Counted from the stretch's first letter, positions 19,720-28,306 are shown. The stretch: DNA of 64,000 bases from Paludibacteraceae bacterium (GCA_905233255.1 CAJOCN010000004.1:12868-76867), one strand, 5' to 3'. The notes: a model not told the origin generated them from the sequence alone. Translations and numbers: made by a program.

Positions 19720-20661
19720 ATGGAAACGAAGAAAAAACTGAAATCATCAACTGCTTATCTTTTCAACTGCTATATTTGGCTGTTGAACACTATCGCACGC
19801 GGTCCTATTTCACGCGCAGCGATAGACGAGAAATGGGCGCACGCTTCTGCTAATTCATATAAGCAGGATTGTATCCCTGAGAGTAATTTCCATCGTTGGA
19901 AAGACACTATAAAAGAGCTTTTCGGCATCAAAATCAAATGTAACGGGAATAACGAGTACTACATTGAGGAAGCTACCGACTTGCGCGGTGGGGATCTGCG
20001 TATGCGTGCTCTAAACCTTATGTCCGCAAACAATCTACTCAAGGACAGCGAAGAACTATCCGACAGGATTTTGTTTGAGCCTGTTCCTTCCGGAGAAAAG
20101 TTCTTGACTCCTATCATTGAAGCTATGCGTGATATGACCGCCATCAACATGACGTATCAAGGTTTTACGCGTCAAAAACCGGCTACTTTCATCGTTGAAC
20201 CATATTGTCTCAAGGTGTTCAGGCAACGCTGGTATATGCTTGCGTACTCTCCCGGTCTTGATAAGGCGATGATTTACTCTCTCGATCGTGTTCACGCAGT
20301 TGAACCGACCAAGCAGAAATATAAGTTGCCAAAGGGCTTCAATGCAGAAGAGTACTTTAAGAATACGTACGGAGTTACCGGCATGGATGAAGAGCCGGAG
20401 GATATCGAGATATGTATCGATGCTATGCAGGCAAATTACTTACGTACACTGCCTCTCCATTCCTCACAAGAGGAGATGGAACGCAATGATGATTATTCCA
20501 TATTCCGCTTTCATATGGTTCCTTCCTACGAGTTCTTGCAGGAACTTCGCAAGTATGGATCTGACGTGGAAGTGATTTCTCCGGAATCGGTTCGTGCTGA
20601 ATTTAGAGCAGACACTGAAAGTCTATATCGTATTTATAAACAAATGGAATCCTGGGTATGA
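19720..20661 (+). CDS. WYL domain transcriptional regulator (wHTH-WYL-WCX)
   Basis: YIWLLNTI..FHRWKDTIKELFGI wHTH; VEPYCLKVFRQRWYML, YSLDRV, YLRTLPLHSSQ, VEVISPESVR; ATG 19720. Confidence 0.92.
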   Translation: METKKKLKSSTAYLFNCYIWLLNTIARGPISRAAIDEKWAHASANSYKQDCIPESNFHRWKDTIKELFGIKIKCNGNNEYYIEEATDLRGGDLRMRALNLMSANNLLKDSEELSDRILFEPVPSGEKFLTPIIEAMRDMTAINMTYQGFTRQKPATFIVEPYCLKVFRQRWYMLAYSPGLDKAMIYSLDRVHAVEPTKQKYKLPKGFNAEEYFKNTYGVTGMDEEPEDIEICIDAMQANYLRTLPLHSSQEEMERNDDYSIFRFHMVPSYEFLQELRKYGSDVEVISPESVRAEFRADTESLYRIYKQMESWV

Positions 20662-21179
20662 AAGATTTTGTAGCTATAGACTTTGAGACCGCTAATGGTA
20701 AGCGCTCCAGTATCTGCTCTGTTGGCGCAGTGATTGTGAAGAACGGAGAAATCGTTGATTCCTTCTATTCCCTGGTGAAGCCCACTCCCAACTACTATGC
20801 ATGGTTCTGCCAAGAGGTGCACGGTTTGGACTACTGCGACACAGATGACGCTGACTTCTTCCCGGAAGTGTGGTCGCGGTTGCAGGAAAAGGTGCATGCT
20901 TATTTCCCGTTCATCGAAGATGGAGAAGTGCCCTTTGTTGCACATAACGCACGCTTTGATGAAGGATGCTTGCGTGCTGCCTTTGCTACCTTTGAGTTGG
21001 CTTTGCCGAACTATGAGTTCATGGACACCCTTGCAGCATCGCGCAATTATTTTGGCTCCGCGCTCCTGAACCACCAACTGCACACGGTCGCAGCTGCTTG
21101 TGGCTACGATCTGCAGAACCACCACCATGCTCTCGCCGACGCTGAAGCCTGCGCATGGATAGCGAGAGAAATTGTTTAA
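20658..21179 (+). CDS. DEDDh 3'-5' exonuclease (DnaQ/Pol III epsilon-like)
   Basis: AIDFETAN, VAHNARFD, HHALADAEAC. Confidence 0.92.
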   Translation: MKDFVAIDFETANGKRSSICSVGAVIVKNGEIVDSFYSLVKPTPNYYAWFCQEVHGLDYCDTDDADFFPEVWSRLQEKVHAYFPFIEDGEVPFVAHNARFDEGCLRAAFATFELALPNYEFMDTLAASRNYFGSALLNHQLHTVAAACGYDLQNHHHALADAEACAWIAREIV

Positions 21180-21200
21180 TTAATCTATAAATTTACCATT

Positions 21201-21723
21201 ATGAAAACAGATGAAGAGTTATTGCTAAATGTTATTAATCACATGAATAGCCTCGCTATGTTTGCTCCGCGCACAAATAGAAAAGCTAAGTGATTCTCAA
21301 ATTGCAAAATACGAGGAAGGTGTAGTTTGGCTTTTGACCCAATTGGCCCATCAGACAGAAAATGCCAGCCTGCAAGGAGAGTTCGAGAGCAACGATATGG
21401 TTGCAATAAAAATTTTCCAGTATATATTCGACAGATCAATAGAGGCATTGTACTATGTTATAAAAGGCGAAGACCCAAGCAACATAGTCTTCGATCTAAA
21501 TGAAGTAGGAGACTATTACGAATTATCAATACCCATAGATCTTCAGATGACCATCAACAACGTCGTTCCGCGTATTGTTGGGATTGCCTCAAATCTATAC
21601 CAATTCATGGAAGAGGAAGGGTATATGAAATTACCTCTTGCCAAATGGATGTATTTTTACATGTATGCCTCATCTTTCCTTGCCATGAATTTCCTTTTAG
21701 AACAAGATTTAACAGATAAATAA
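21201..21723 (+). pseudogene. Hypothetical protein (~173 aa) with a +1 frameshift at ~21261
   Basis: Good A-rich start ATG 21201 (MKTDEELLLNVINHMNSLAM) joins the 21262 frame (LLRAQIEK...) if one T of ATGTTTG is removed. Confidence 0.6.
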
Positions 21724-21750
21724 TTTGTTTAACCTTTAAATTTTAGAATT

Positions 21751-22479
21751 ATGACCGTTGAAGAATTAACTCAAAAACAAGAGAAGTTGCATCAAAAAAT
21801 CAATGCAATAGCAGAAAAATTAAACAATGGACTTGAACCCATTTATGATGGTGTTGGTAATATTCCTATTTACCTCAATTCGCCACTGAAAATAATGTGG
21901 CTGCTCAAAGAATCGTATGACCAAGACAAACAGGGCAATAAAGGTAATGGCAATTGGAGCATATATGATGCCGTTCAAAATGACACTGCATGGTCATATT
22001 TGTCATTTCAAAGAATGGCATATGTGCTCTATGGATATAATAATGGTGTTTATTGCGAGGATAAAGATATGCCGAAGATTAGAAATCGCAAAGAAATGGT
22101 TAAAGATCTTGCAAATCTTGCCTATATTAACATTAATAAACTACCAGGAGGAACCTCATCTGATGATTCTCATATCGCAAGATGTTACAATATATGGAAA
22201 GATATCATTAACGAGCAAATTGAAGTATATAATCCAAATGTTATAATTTTGGGAGGAACAGAGAAATTCTTGGATTTTAAAAACGAATTCATTCAATGTA
22301 AGCATTATGAAAACAAGGATGTAAATCCAAAAATAGAATCAAAGATTTACAAATGGGGCAATCGTTGGGTGATTTCCGTATACCACCCAGGATACATGAT
22401 GAGCACAGAGGTTTATGTGGACATAATAATAGATAGTCTTAAATATGTAGATGAACAAATAAAATCGCACAGAAAATAA
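21751..22479 (+). CDS. Uracil-DNA-glycosylase-superfamily-like protein
   Basis: KIMWLLKES (motif A-like), AYININK, QIEVYNPNVIILGG, ISVYHPG (motif B-like). Confidence 0.6.
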   Translation: MTVEELTQKQEKLHQKINAIAEKLNNGLEPIYDGVGNIPIYLNSPLKIMWLLKESYDQDKQGNKGNGNWSIYDAVQNDTAWSYLSFQRMAYVLYGYNNGVYCEDKDMPKIRNRKEMVKDLANLAYININKLPGGTSSDDSHIARCYNIWKDIINEQIEVYNPNVIILGGTEKFLDFKNEFIQCKHYENKDVNPKIESKIYKWGNRWVISVYHPGYMMSTEVYVDIIIDSLKYVDEQIKSHRK

Positions 22480-22492
22480 CGGTTTTTACAAT

Positions 22493-22555
22493 CTCCTCCA
22501 CTTTGTAGGAGAATGAAGCAGTAATTTTGCAGCGTGATTCGAAAGAGTCGCGCTG
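22493..22555 (+). promoter_or_regulatory. Second copy of the WYL-promoter motif plus a GAAA-tetraloop hairpin
   Basis: CTCCTCCA-CTT-TGTAGGAG...GCAG-TAATTTTG (-7 box at 22522); hairpin CAGCGTGATTC-GAAA-GAGTCGCGCTG at 22530-22555. Confidence 0.7.
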
Positions 22556-22576
22556 TAATTTTAATGTTTTAATGAT

Positions 22577-23362
22577 ATGACGCCCCCTTATTTATCAAAT
22601 TTTGAACAAATCCATCATGAGGCTATAAGACTAGCCGGTTATAAAATGAATGAGATCCGTAATATGGATGAAGAATATATTATAAATGCTTGTTGTGCTT
22701 GCGTTGCTGTTGCATATACTAAGATTCAGAAATATGGTGAAAAGTATTTTGGCGGTTTCTCAAGCAAAATAAATCTTTTTTATCACAAACTATGTCAGGG
22801 ACGTTATTATTTTGAGTCTGGAAATATCAGTATTAATCCGGATGTTATCTTCTCCAAGGAAGAATGCTTTAATGAAGTTCTTTTGCATGAGTTAACGCAT
22901 TCGATATATTATGACCATAGTATTGAATTTTGGCAACACTTGCAGCATCTTTTATATTTGGAAGGTCTCATAAAGGAAAAGAAAGACTTTCGCATAAGTG
23001 AGCAGTCTGGCTCTTACGCAGTATATTATGGGGATAGAAAAATAAATAACGGTAAAAAAATTATGATGCGTTTTATAGAAACTGGGGGTGGTTGTTGGTC
23101 TGACAATATCGAATGTTTGTTCCGTAGAGTCTTTTATTATCAAGATATATTGCGATATCGTAAAACTGGAACTTCTTCTTACCTTATAGATGACAATAGT
23201 AATTTCATTGTGATGGAGCCTATATGGAGAAAATATGCTTTAAGGTACAATATTGAGCCGATATTTCTCTTACAGATGAGTTGTATGGATGAGGATAGGA
23301 TGAGAAAAAATGCAGTCAATGTTAATAACTATGAAACATTCAAGCCAATACAGCAGTTATGA
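22577..23362 (+). CDS. YgjP/SprT-like zinc metallopeptidase domain protein
   Basis: ISINP...EVLLHELTH..YYDHSIEFW (HExxH plus downstream H). Confidence 0.7.
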   Translation: MTPPYLSNFEQIHHEAIRLAGYKMNEIRNMDEEYIINACCACVAVAYTKIQKYGEKYFGGFSSKINLFYHKLCQGRYYFESGNISINPDVIFSKEECFNEVLLHELTHSIYYDHSIEFWQHLQHLLYLEGLIKEKKDFRISEQSGSYAVYYGDRKINNGKKIMMRFIETGGGCWSDNIECLFRRVFYYQDILRYRKTGTSSYLIDDNSNFIVMEPIWRKYALRYNIEPIFLLQMSCMDEDRMRKNAVNVNNYETFKPIQQL

Positions 23363-23651
23363 TAAATCAGAGTGGAGTCATAGCCATGACTTCCCTATCG
23401 AGGAGATCTGGAATACAGAAACCACGATGGCTGCTTTTATCGCTCCTCGATTAAGAGCATTTAAGAGTTTAAAGAAGCATGGCTTCCCTTCGGAGATGGG
23501 TAGCGAGCGACAGTGGAATAGCACTATCCAAAAGATGATAGATGCCTTTGAAATATTAAGTCGCCCCTATACTCCAACAGACGAAGAGAATCCAATCGTA
23601 GAGGAAGGTCTTGACCTCTTCCGCAAATACTATCGTAATCTTTGGGACTAA
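23331..23651 (+). CDS. Phage-type conserved hypothetical protein
   Basis: WN..TMA.FIAPRL..FK...GFP, W..TIQKMIDAF, EGLDLF.KYY.NLWD pattern recalled from phage proteins. Confidence 0.6.
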   Translation: MKHSSQYSSYDKSEWSHSHDFPIEEIWNTETTMAAFIAPRLRAFKSLKKHGFPSEMGSERQWNSTIQKMIDAFEILSRPYTPTDEENPIVEEGLDLFRKYYRNLWD

Positions 23652-23669
23652 TGTAAATTTTTAACAGTT

Positions 23670-23924
23670 ATGGATACTCGATCTATCAATGACCAACTCG
23701 AACTGTTGCGTCTCAAAGAACTCTTTATGTCTGATATTGACATCCGTAGCAAAATGGCTATGCTTATCTGCGAAGAAGACTCATCCTACAGCGAGTTCTG
23801 TCAACTCACACATTGCACACCGGACATAGCGAAAATGTTTGCAGAACAATTGTTAATAGATGTTTTTCTTACTCCAGAAGAAATTGCCTCCGAGCGCGAA
23901 AGATTAGAAAGGATGAAACTATAA
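23670..23924 (+). CDS. Hypothetical protein
   Basis: 84-aa ORF, A-rich leader, operon-like spacing. Confidence 0.6.
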   Translation: MDTRSINDQLELLRLKELFMSDIDIRSKMAMLICEEDSSYSEFCQLTHCTPDIAKMFAEQLLIDVFLTPEEIASERERLERMKL

Positions 23925-23936
23925 TTCTATTTTACT

Positions 23937-24575
23937 ATGATACAATATGACGAACAGACCCTTCAACTTATTGAAGAAGAAATTACCTACATTTATCAAT
24001 CCGATGTAACAGGCTATCCGCAAAGTGAATTTTTGCTTGACTTACGGAAAAGTATCTTGAACGAGCAAGCATGTACGCGTAAAGCTCAAGAAGAACTTCT
24101 TCCTGACATAATAGCCTTTAATGACGCCTTGCATGACGCGCTTAAACATATGTTTGACCGCGCGCATGAACTTTATCGTCAGATGTCAGCTATTCAACCA
24201 GACATTATGTTAACCGCCAAATGTTATCTTGCATATGACTATCCTGCCTTGCACCCCTACCAAAAAGAAGACAGACAAGATTTGTTTGATGCAATATGTG
24301 ATTTCGGTTGGAACCAACTTTATGCAGATGGGGTTACTTTTGCGTTGGAATTACCGCGTGATATAGACATGCCTTTCGACACCATCAGAGGTATGGACTG
24401 CACGCCGTTTAACTGGAATGAAGGTCTTGACCCAGAACTTACGAAAGATCTCCATATCAATCGTGCCTTCCACAATCTCTTTGACCATACAAAATTTGCT
24501 CTCACAGATTTTATCTTTTGTCGAGATTTTGTCTTTGAGTATAGCACTATTAGCGAGGAAAAACTACTAATCTAA
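23937..24575 (+). CDS. Hypothetical protein
   Basis: 212-aa acidic ORF, operon-like spacing. Confidence 0.7.
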   Translation: MIQYDEQTLQLIEEEITYIYQSDVTGYPQSEFLLDLRKSILNEQACTRKAQEELLPDIIAFNDALHDALKHMFDRAHELYRQMSAIQPDIMLTAKCYLAYDYPALHPYQKEDRQDLFDAICDFGWNQLYADGVTFALELPRDIDMPFDTIRGMDCTPFNWNEGLDPELTKDLHINRAFHNLFDHTKFALTDFIFCRDFVFEYSTISEEKLLI

Positions 24576-24584
24576 TTAACAAGC

Positions 24585-24809
24585 ATGAAAACATTTGTAA
24601 GAAAACACTTTAGAGATGAGTATGGAGTAGAATTTTCCACTTGTGGTGACATTACCACACTCACGCGAATGCCATCGGGGTTAAAGGGAGCATATCGAAT
24701 ACCGGATTTTGTGACTGACATATCAAAAAAAATAATTTTTGACTCATTTTTGGTAATTTTGGACAAACAAATAAAAAATATCTTCTTCCGATTTTGCCGC
24801 TTGATGTGA
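24585..24809 (+). pseudogene. Probably truncated hypothetical gene
   Basis: Protein-like for ~48 aa (ending IPDFVTDISK, like a TpLRR repeat start), then runs into AT-rich intergenic-like sequence. Confidence 0.35.
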
Positions 24810-24882
24810 ACGTAATCGCAAAATCTATATGAATTTTGTGGTTATAATCGTAAAATCTTTATAAAACATTTTAATATTTTAT

Positions 24883-24944
24883 GGTATGATCTACATCCTC
24901 CGCGGGGAGAAGGTTTACAATGCGCAAGGCCGTTAGTAAAGTGA
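24883..24944 (+). pseudogene. 3' remnant of a secreted protein gene (T9SS-CTD-like tail) with a 1-nt deletion
   Basis: GMIYILRGEKVYNAQG then, shifting frame, LVK*. Confidence 0.55.
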
Positions 24945-25000
24945 CAAAGGGACTAAGTACAAAGTACTAAGGGACTAAGTACCAAGTACAAAGGAACAAA

Positions 25001-25029
25001 ACGGGCGGCTTAAAGAATGAGTCGCCCGT
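25001..25029 (+). terminator. Hairpin, likely terminator of the remnant gene
   Basis: ACGGGCGGCTT/GAGTCGCCCGT stem. Confidence 0.6.
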
Positions 25030-25321
25030 GTGTTGTGTCCAGATAATCATAGATGTATTGCTTAAGCATCTTATAAGTGCTGAAAATGTGTAAAAATCAC
25101 AAAATATAGTGCCATAAATGTGTAAAATTACACAAAAATAGTACTTTTATTTGTATGACTCAAAAAAAAAATAGTATCTTTGCAGTGCAAAATCAAATAT
25201 AAATTTAAACTATTACAACTATGAAAAAATCCATTCTTTTCCTGCTGGCGGAAGACGGCTGGTTCAAATGGTCATCAATCAGCAGACCTTATGCTGACGT
25301 TGAGCCGAGGTTAGGGAGAAG

Positions 25322-25405
25322 TGAAAAATGAAAGATGAAAGATGAAAGATGAAAGATGAAAGATGAAAGATGAAAAATGAAAGATGAAAGATGAAAGATG
25401 AAAAA
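25322..25405. repeat. Heptamer microsatellite (TGAAAGA/TGAAAAA) x12
   Basis: Read directly. Confidence 0.95.
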
Positions 25406-25707
25406 TATTTGCATATTTCAAAAAAAAGTTGTACCTTCGGTCCTCCCTATTTATAAAATATAAACAGGGTCCCACCGAAAATACGTTCGCATATTGCCGG
25501 ACATATACTAAGCACCGCGGACATTTTTTGAGAACCGCTAAAACGGTTTCCTGTTTTGCCCATACAAATACCATCTTATGCAAGCATAGCTATTATTTGT
25601 CTGTGCTAAACAGATAAAATTTCATTTTATTTTTCAAAAAAATATCCGAACGTTTGTGTATGTGCAAAATTTGTAGTATCTTTGCAGACGCAAAAGAAAA
25701 ACGAGTT

Positions 25708-26064
25708 ATGGCAGGGAAAAGTTTTTATTTCATTATACAATCATGGATGTTGGAGGACATGCAACTTCCGCTGGGCGATGCGGCTGTATATGCCTATATC
25801 CATGGTCTGACGCGGTCGGAAGAGTTAGGAAAGAAAGGATGGCATGGATCCATCCGCAGGTTGGCAAAAGTGTTACACACCAGTCCTTCCACGATGAATG
25901 ATATCATAAATCGATTAGAAAAGAAAGGTTTCATCCATCTCTATAACGGCTTTATTACCAGCACAATAAACCGAGAATCGGCTCCCGGAACTCCTGAAGA
26001 AAAGCCCATTGACCGAAATCCGGACAAAAAATCAGAGGAGAAGCCTGATGGAGTGCCATTTTAG
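25708..26064 (+). CDS. Winged-HTH protein resembling the N-terminal domain of phage replication initiators
   Basis: YFIIQSWM..MQL...AAVYAYIHG...GSIRRLAKVLHTSPST...INRLEKKGFI; ATG 25708 after promoter TTTG 25654 / TATCTTTG 25677. Confidence 0.7.
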   Translation: MAGKSFYFIIQSWMLEDMQLPLGDAAVYAYIHGLTRSEELGKKGWHGSIRRLAKVLHTSPSTMNDIINRLEKKGFIHLYNGFITSTINRESAPGTPEEKPIDRNPDKKSEEKPDGVPF

Positions 26065-26074
26065 GTATGTGTGA

Positions 26075-26183
26075 TGCACGGATTTCGGATAGCATGTACG
26101 GATTTTGTACACCATTGTACGGAATCCGTTTACATTTGTGCGAAAATCGAACACATATAATAAATAATATAATAATAAATAAC
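26075..26183. repeat. Four palindromic iteron-like repeats (20-21-bp period) followed by an AT-only tract
   Basis: TGCACGGA 26075, TGTACGGA 26095, TGTACGGA 26116, TGTGCGAA 26137; ATATAATAAATAATATAATAATAAATAA from 26155. Confidence 0.65.
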
Positions 26184-26469
26184 CAGCCTGATGATTATTA
26201 ATGGAAGGACAGAACGGACTGAACAGGACAAAACAAAAAAATCATTATATATTTTATGGCAGGCTGGCTGGCATTTAATTGTTCTTGGGTTTATCTCGGG
26301 AGATGGTCCCGTGATGGTCACGATATTGAACCGTAAACGGAGGCTAACAATACTTAAACAAGGTGTAAGTAAGGGGTAAGAGCGAATCAAAACATCATTT
26401 TTATTTGCATATCTCAAAAAAAAGCAGTAAATTTGCAGCCGCAAATGGAACAAATTAATCATCATACAT

Positions 26470-26898
26470 ATGAAAAAGTATCTGTTTATTATTTTAGGTA
26501 CCCTGCTGCTCGTGCCGGCTATGGCGCAGAGTCTGCTCACCCCCGAACAACTCGCTAAACGCGAGAAGAGAAAGAACCTGACCGTCAAGGAATGGAACAC
26601 CGACGCCAAATCCAAAACGCGCTGGTTGGACCATGTCAAGGTCTATGACGACCAGGGACGCTGCATCGAGGAGATCGAGTATGCTTCTTACGGCCAGCGC
26701 AGCCGCGTCACCAGCAAGTACGACGACGTCACCGGAAAAGTAGTGGAGGAAGTGGAGTACAACGACCGCAACCGCCCCGTACGTATCCGCAAATACGAGT
26801 GGAACGAAGATGGCACCAAAGCCAAGCAGTACAACTATCTGCCCAACGGAAAACTCTACTCCGTCAAAGTCTTCGAATATATCTTCTCGGACAAATAA
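26470..26898 (+). CDS. Hypothetical exported protein with YD/RHS-like beta repeats
   Basis: Signal peptide; YDDQGR, YDDVTG, YEWNEDG repeats; canonical promoter at ~26404-26436; host-like GC resumes here. Confidence 0.75.
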   Translation: MKKYLFIILGTLLLVPAMAQSLLTPEQLAKREKRKNLTVKEWNTDAKSKTRWLDHVKVYDDQGRCIEEIEYASYGQRSRVTSKYDDVTGKVVEEVEYNDRNRPVRIRKYEWNEDGTKAKQYNYLPNGKLYSVKVFEYIFSDK

Positions 26899-27020
26899 AT
26901 GCAGAGAGGACGATTTTTTTACTGTTTTTCTTGGATAATTCAAAAAAAAGTCGTATCTTTGCACAAAATTTGTAACGAACGGATAATTCACATTACTAAT
27001 TATATAAAAAACAACACATT

Positions 27021-27260
27021 ATGCGTACAACATTTAATCGCCTTCGTGCAGTAAAAGACAGTCTTCCTCACGGAAGTATGGACGCCATCGCAGCAGAGTT
27101 AGGTCTTAGTGGAGATGAGGTTAGAGCTTACTTCAATGGTGAAGGAAACGCTGACTACCATCTGGAGCCGGGTTTTGATGGCGGTATTGTTGATTTTACC
27201 AACACTCGTATTCTGGAGGTTGCCCTGCGTCGCGCATGGGAGGCTCAGAATGCGTTATAA
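27021..27260 (+). CDS. Small conserved Bacteroidetes DNA-binding (HTH) protein
   Basis: TFN.LR..KDSLPHGSM..IA.ELGL...VR..F.G, HLEPG.DGGIV. Confidence 0.8.
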   Translation: MRTTFNRLRAVKDSLPHGSMDAIAAELGLSGDEVRAYFNGEGNADYHLEPGFDGGIVDFTNTRILEVALRRAWEAQNAL

Positions 27261-28221
27261 GGCAGTGACCGCCCATCTGTTAACGGTTACAAAGAGAGTA
27301 ATGGCTCTGGTGCTTTGCATCGGAGCGTTACCTTTTGTATTTAGCGCGGGCGCGTACGCGGGAGAAAAGGCGAAAGGCAATATAAAGGCGAAAGGCGAAG
27401 GGTTGGTTAAAGGCGAAGGGTTAGAGGCGAAAGAGGCGAAAGAGGCGAAAGAGGAAAAGAGGGATATCGCACAATGGCTCTGGGAGGACTACAAAAAGCC
27501 GGTAGGGCTGACCTACAACGCCCAGGCAAGGTTACAAGCCTCCTACCTCTGGCGCGGTCTGTATGCCGGAGCAGCCAACATACAAGCCTCGGCGAACGTG
27601 GGCTACGGAGGGCTCTATCTGGATATGTGGTGGAACGTCGGCGTAACGGACTGGACTTTCCGCACATTCCAGCCGGAGGTCGATCTGAGTCTCGGTTTCA
27701 ACCGGTGGGGACTGGAGGTGTTTGTACTGTACGTGTATAATTTCAATACGGGCTTCTTCGATTTCGGCAATTATCCGAACAAGGGCAACCGCTTGGAGAT
27801 AGACGCCGCTTACACGCTGAGCAAAAAGATTCCGCTGAAGTTCCTGTGGTCGAGCCGCGTAGCCGCTTCGGATTGCTTTGTCAACGCCGCCGGAGACACC
27901 GTACGGGCGTTCTCCAGTTATTTCGAACTGAGTTATACCCATAACTTCCCGTTGGGGTTCAGTCTGTACGGAGCTGTCGGCATGACGCCATGGAAAAGTA
28001 TCTATAGCGACTTTGACAAGGATTTTGCGGTGGTGAATGTAGAACTCCGCGCACGCAAAGACTGGTCCGTAAGCACCCGTTGCGGCATGATGCTGCAAGT
28101 CCAGCTGACCGTCAACCCGAATGCGCTGGCAACCGACAGAGCCACCGCACGGTGGCACCCCTATGCACCCGAAGGGCAGAGCATAAACGCCAATATTACA
28201 TACGGAGTGTACTTGAAATAA
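27250..28221 (+). CDS. Outer-membrane beta-barrel, TorF-like putative porin (start 27250 or 27301)
   Basis: Signal peptide, SYLWRG, EVDL, SSYFELSY, GMTPWKSIY, aromatic C-terminus. Confidence 0.7.
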   Translation: MRYKAVTAHLLTVTKRVMALVLCIGALPFVFSAGAYAGEKAKGNIKAKGEGLVKGEGLEAKEAKEAKEEKRDIAQWLWEDYKKPVGLTYNAQARLQASYLWRGLYAGAANIQASANVGYGGLYLDMWWNVGVTDWTFRTFQPEVDLSLGFNRWGLEVFVLYVYNFNTGFFDFGNYPNKGNRLEIDAAYTLSKKIPLKFLWSSRVAASDCFVNAAGDTVRAFSSYFELSYTHNFPLGFSLYGAVGMTPWKSIYSDFDKDFAVVNVELRARKDWSVSTRCGMMLQVQLTVNPNALATDRATARWHPYAPEGQSINANITYGVYLK

Positions 28222-28306
28222 TTTGAAGATTTGAAAATTTGAAGATTTGAAGATTTGAAAATTTGAAGATTTGAAAATTTGAAGATTTGAAAATTTGAAG
28301 ATTTGA
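28221..28306. repeat. Octamer microsatellite (ATTTGAAG/ATTTGAAA) x~10.7
   Basis: Read directly; lies between the two porin paralogs. Confidence 0.95.

Noticed and set aside
25311..25583. ORF with FHLSSFI repeats (also 27532-28311 with FQIFKSS repeats)
   Set aside because: Translations of microsatellites, not proteins.
26191..26379. 62-aa ORF and a CCAGCCTG/CAGGCTGG inverted repeat after the iterons
   Set aside because: No recognisable motif or good start context; an 8-bp inverted repeat is too weak to call.
18277..26400. Intact prophage or ICE
   Set aside because: No integrase, structural, relaxase or conjugation genes, and no flanking att pair found by eye.
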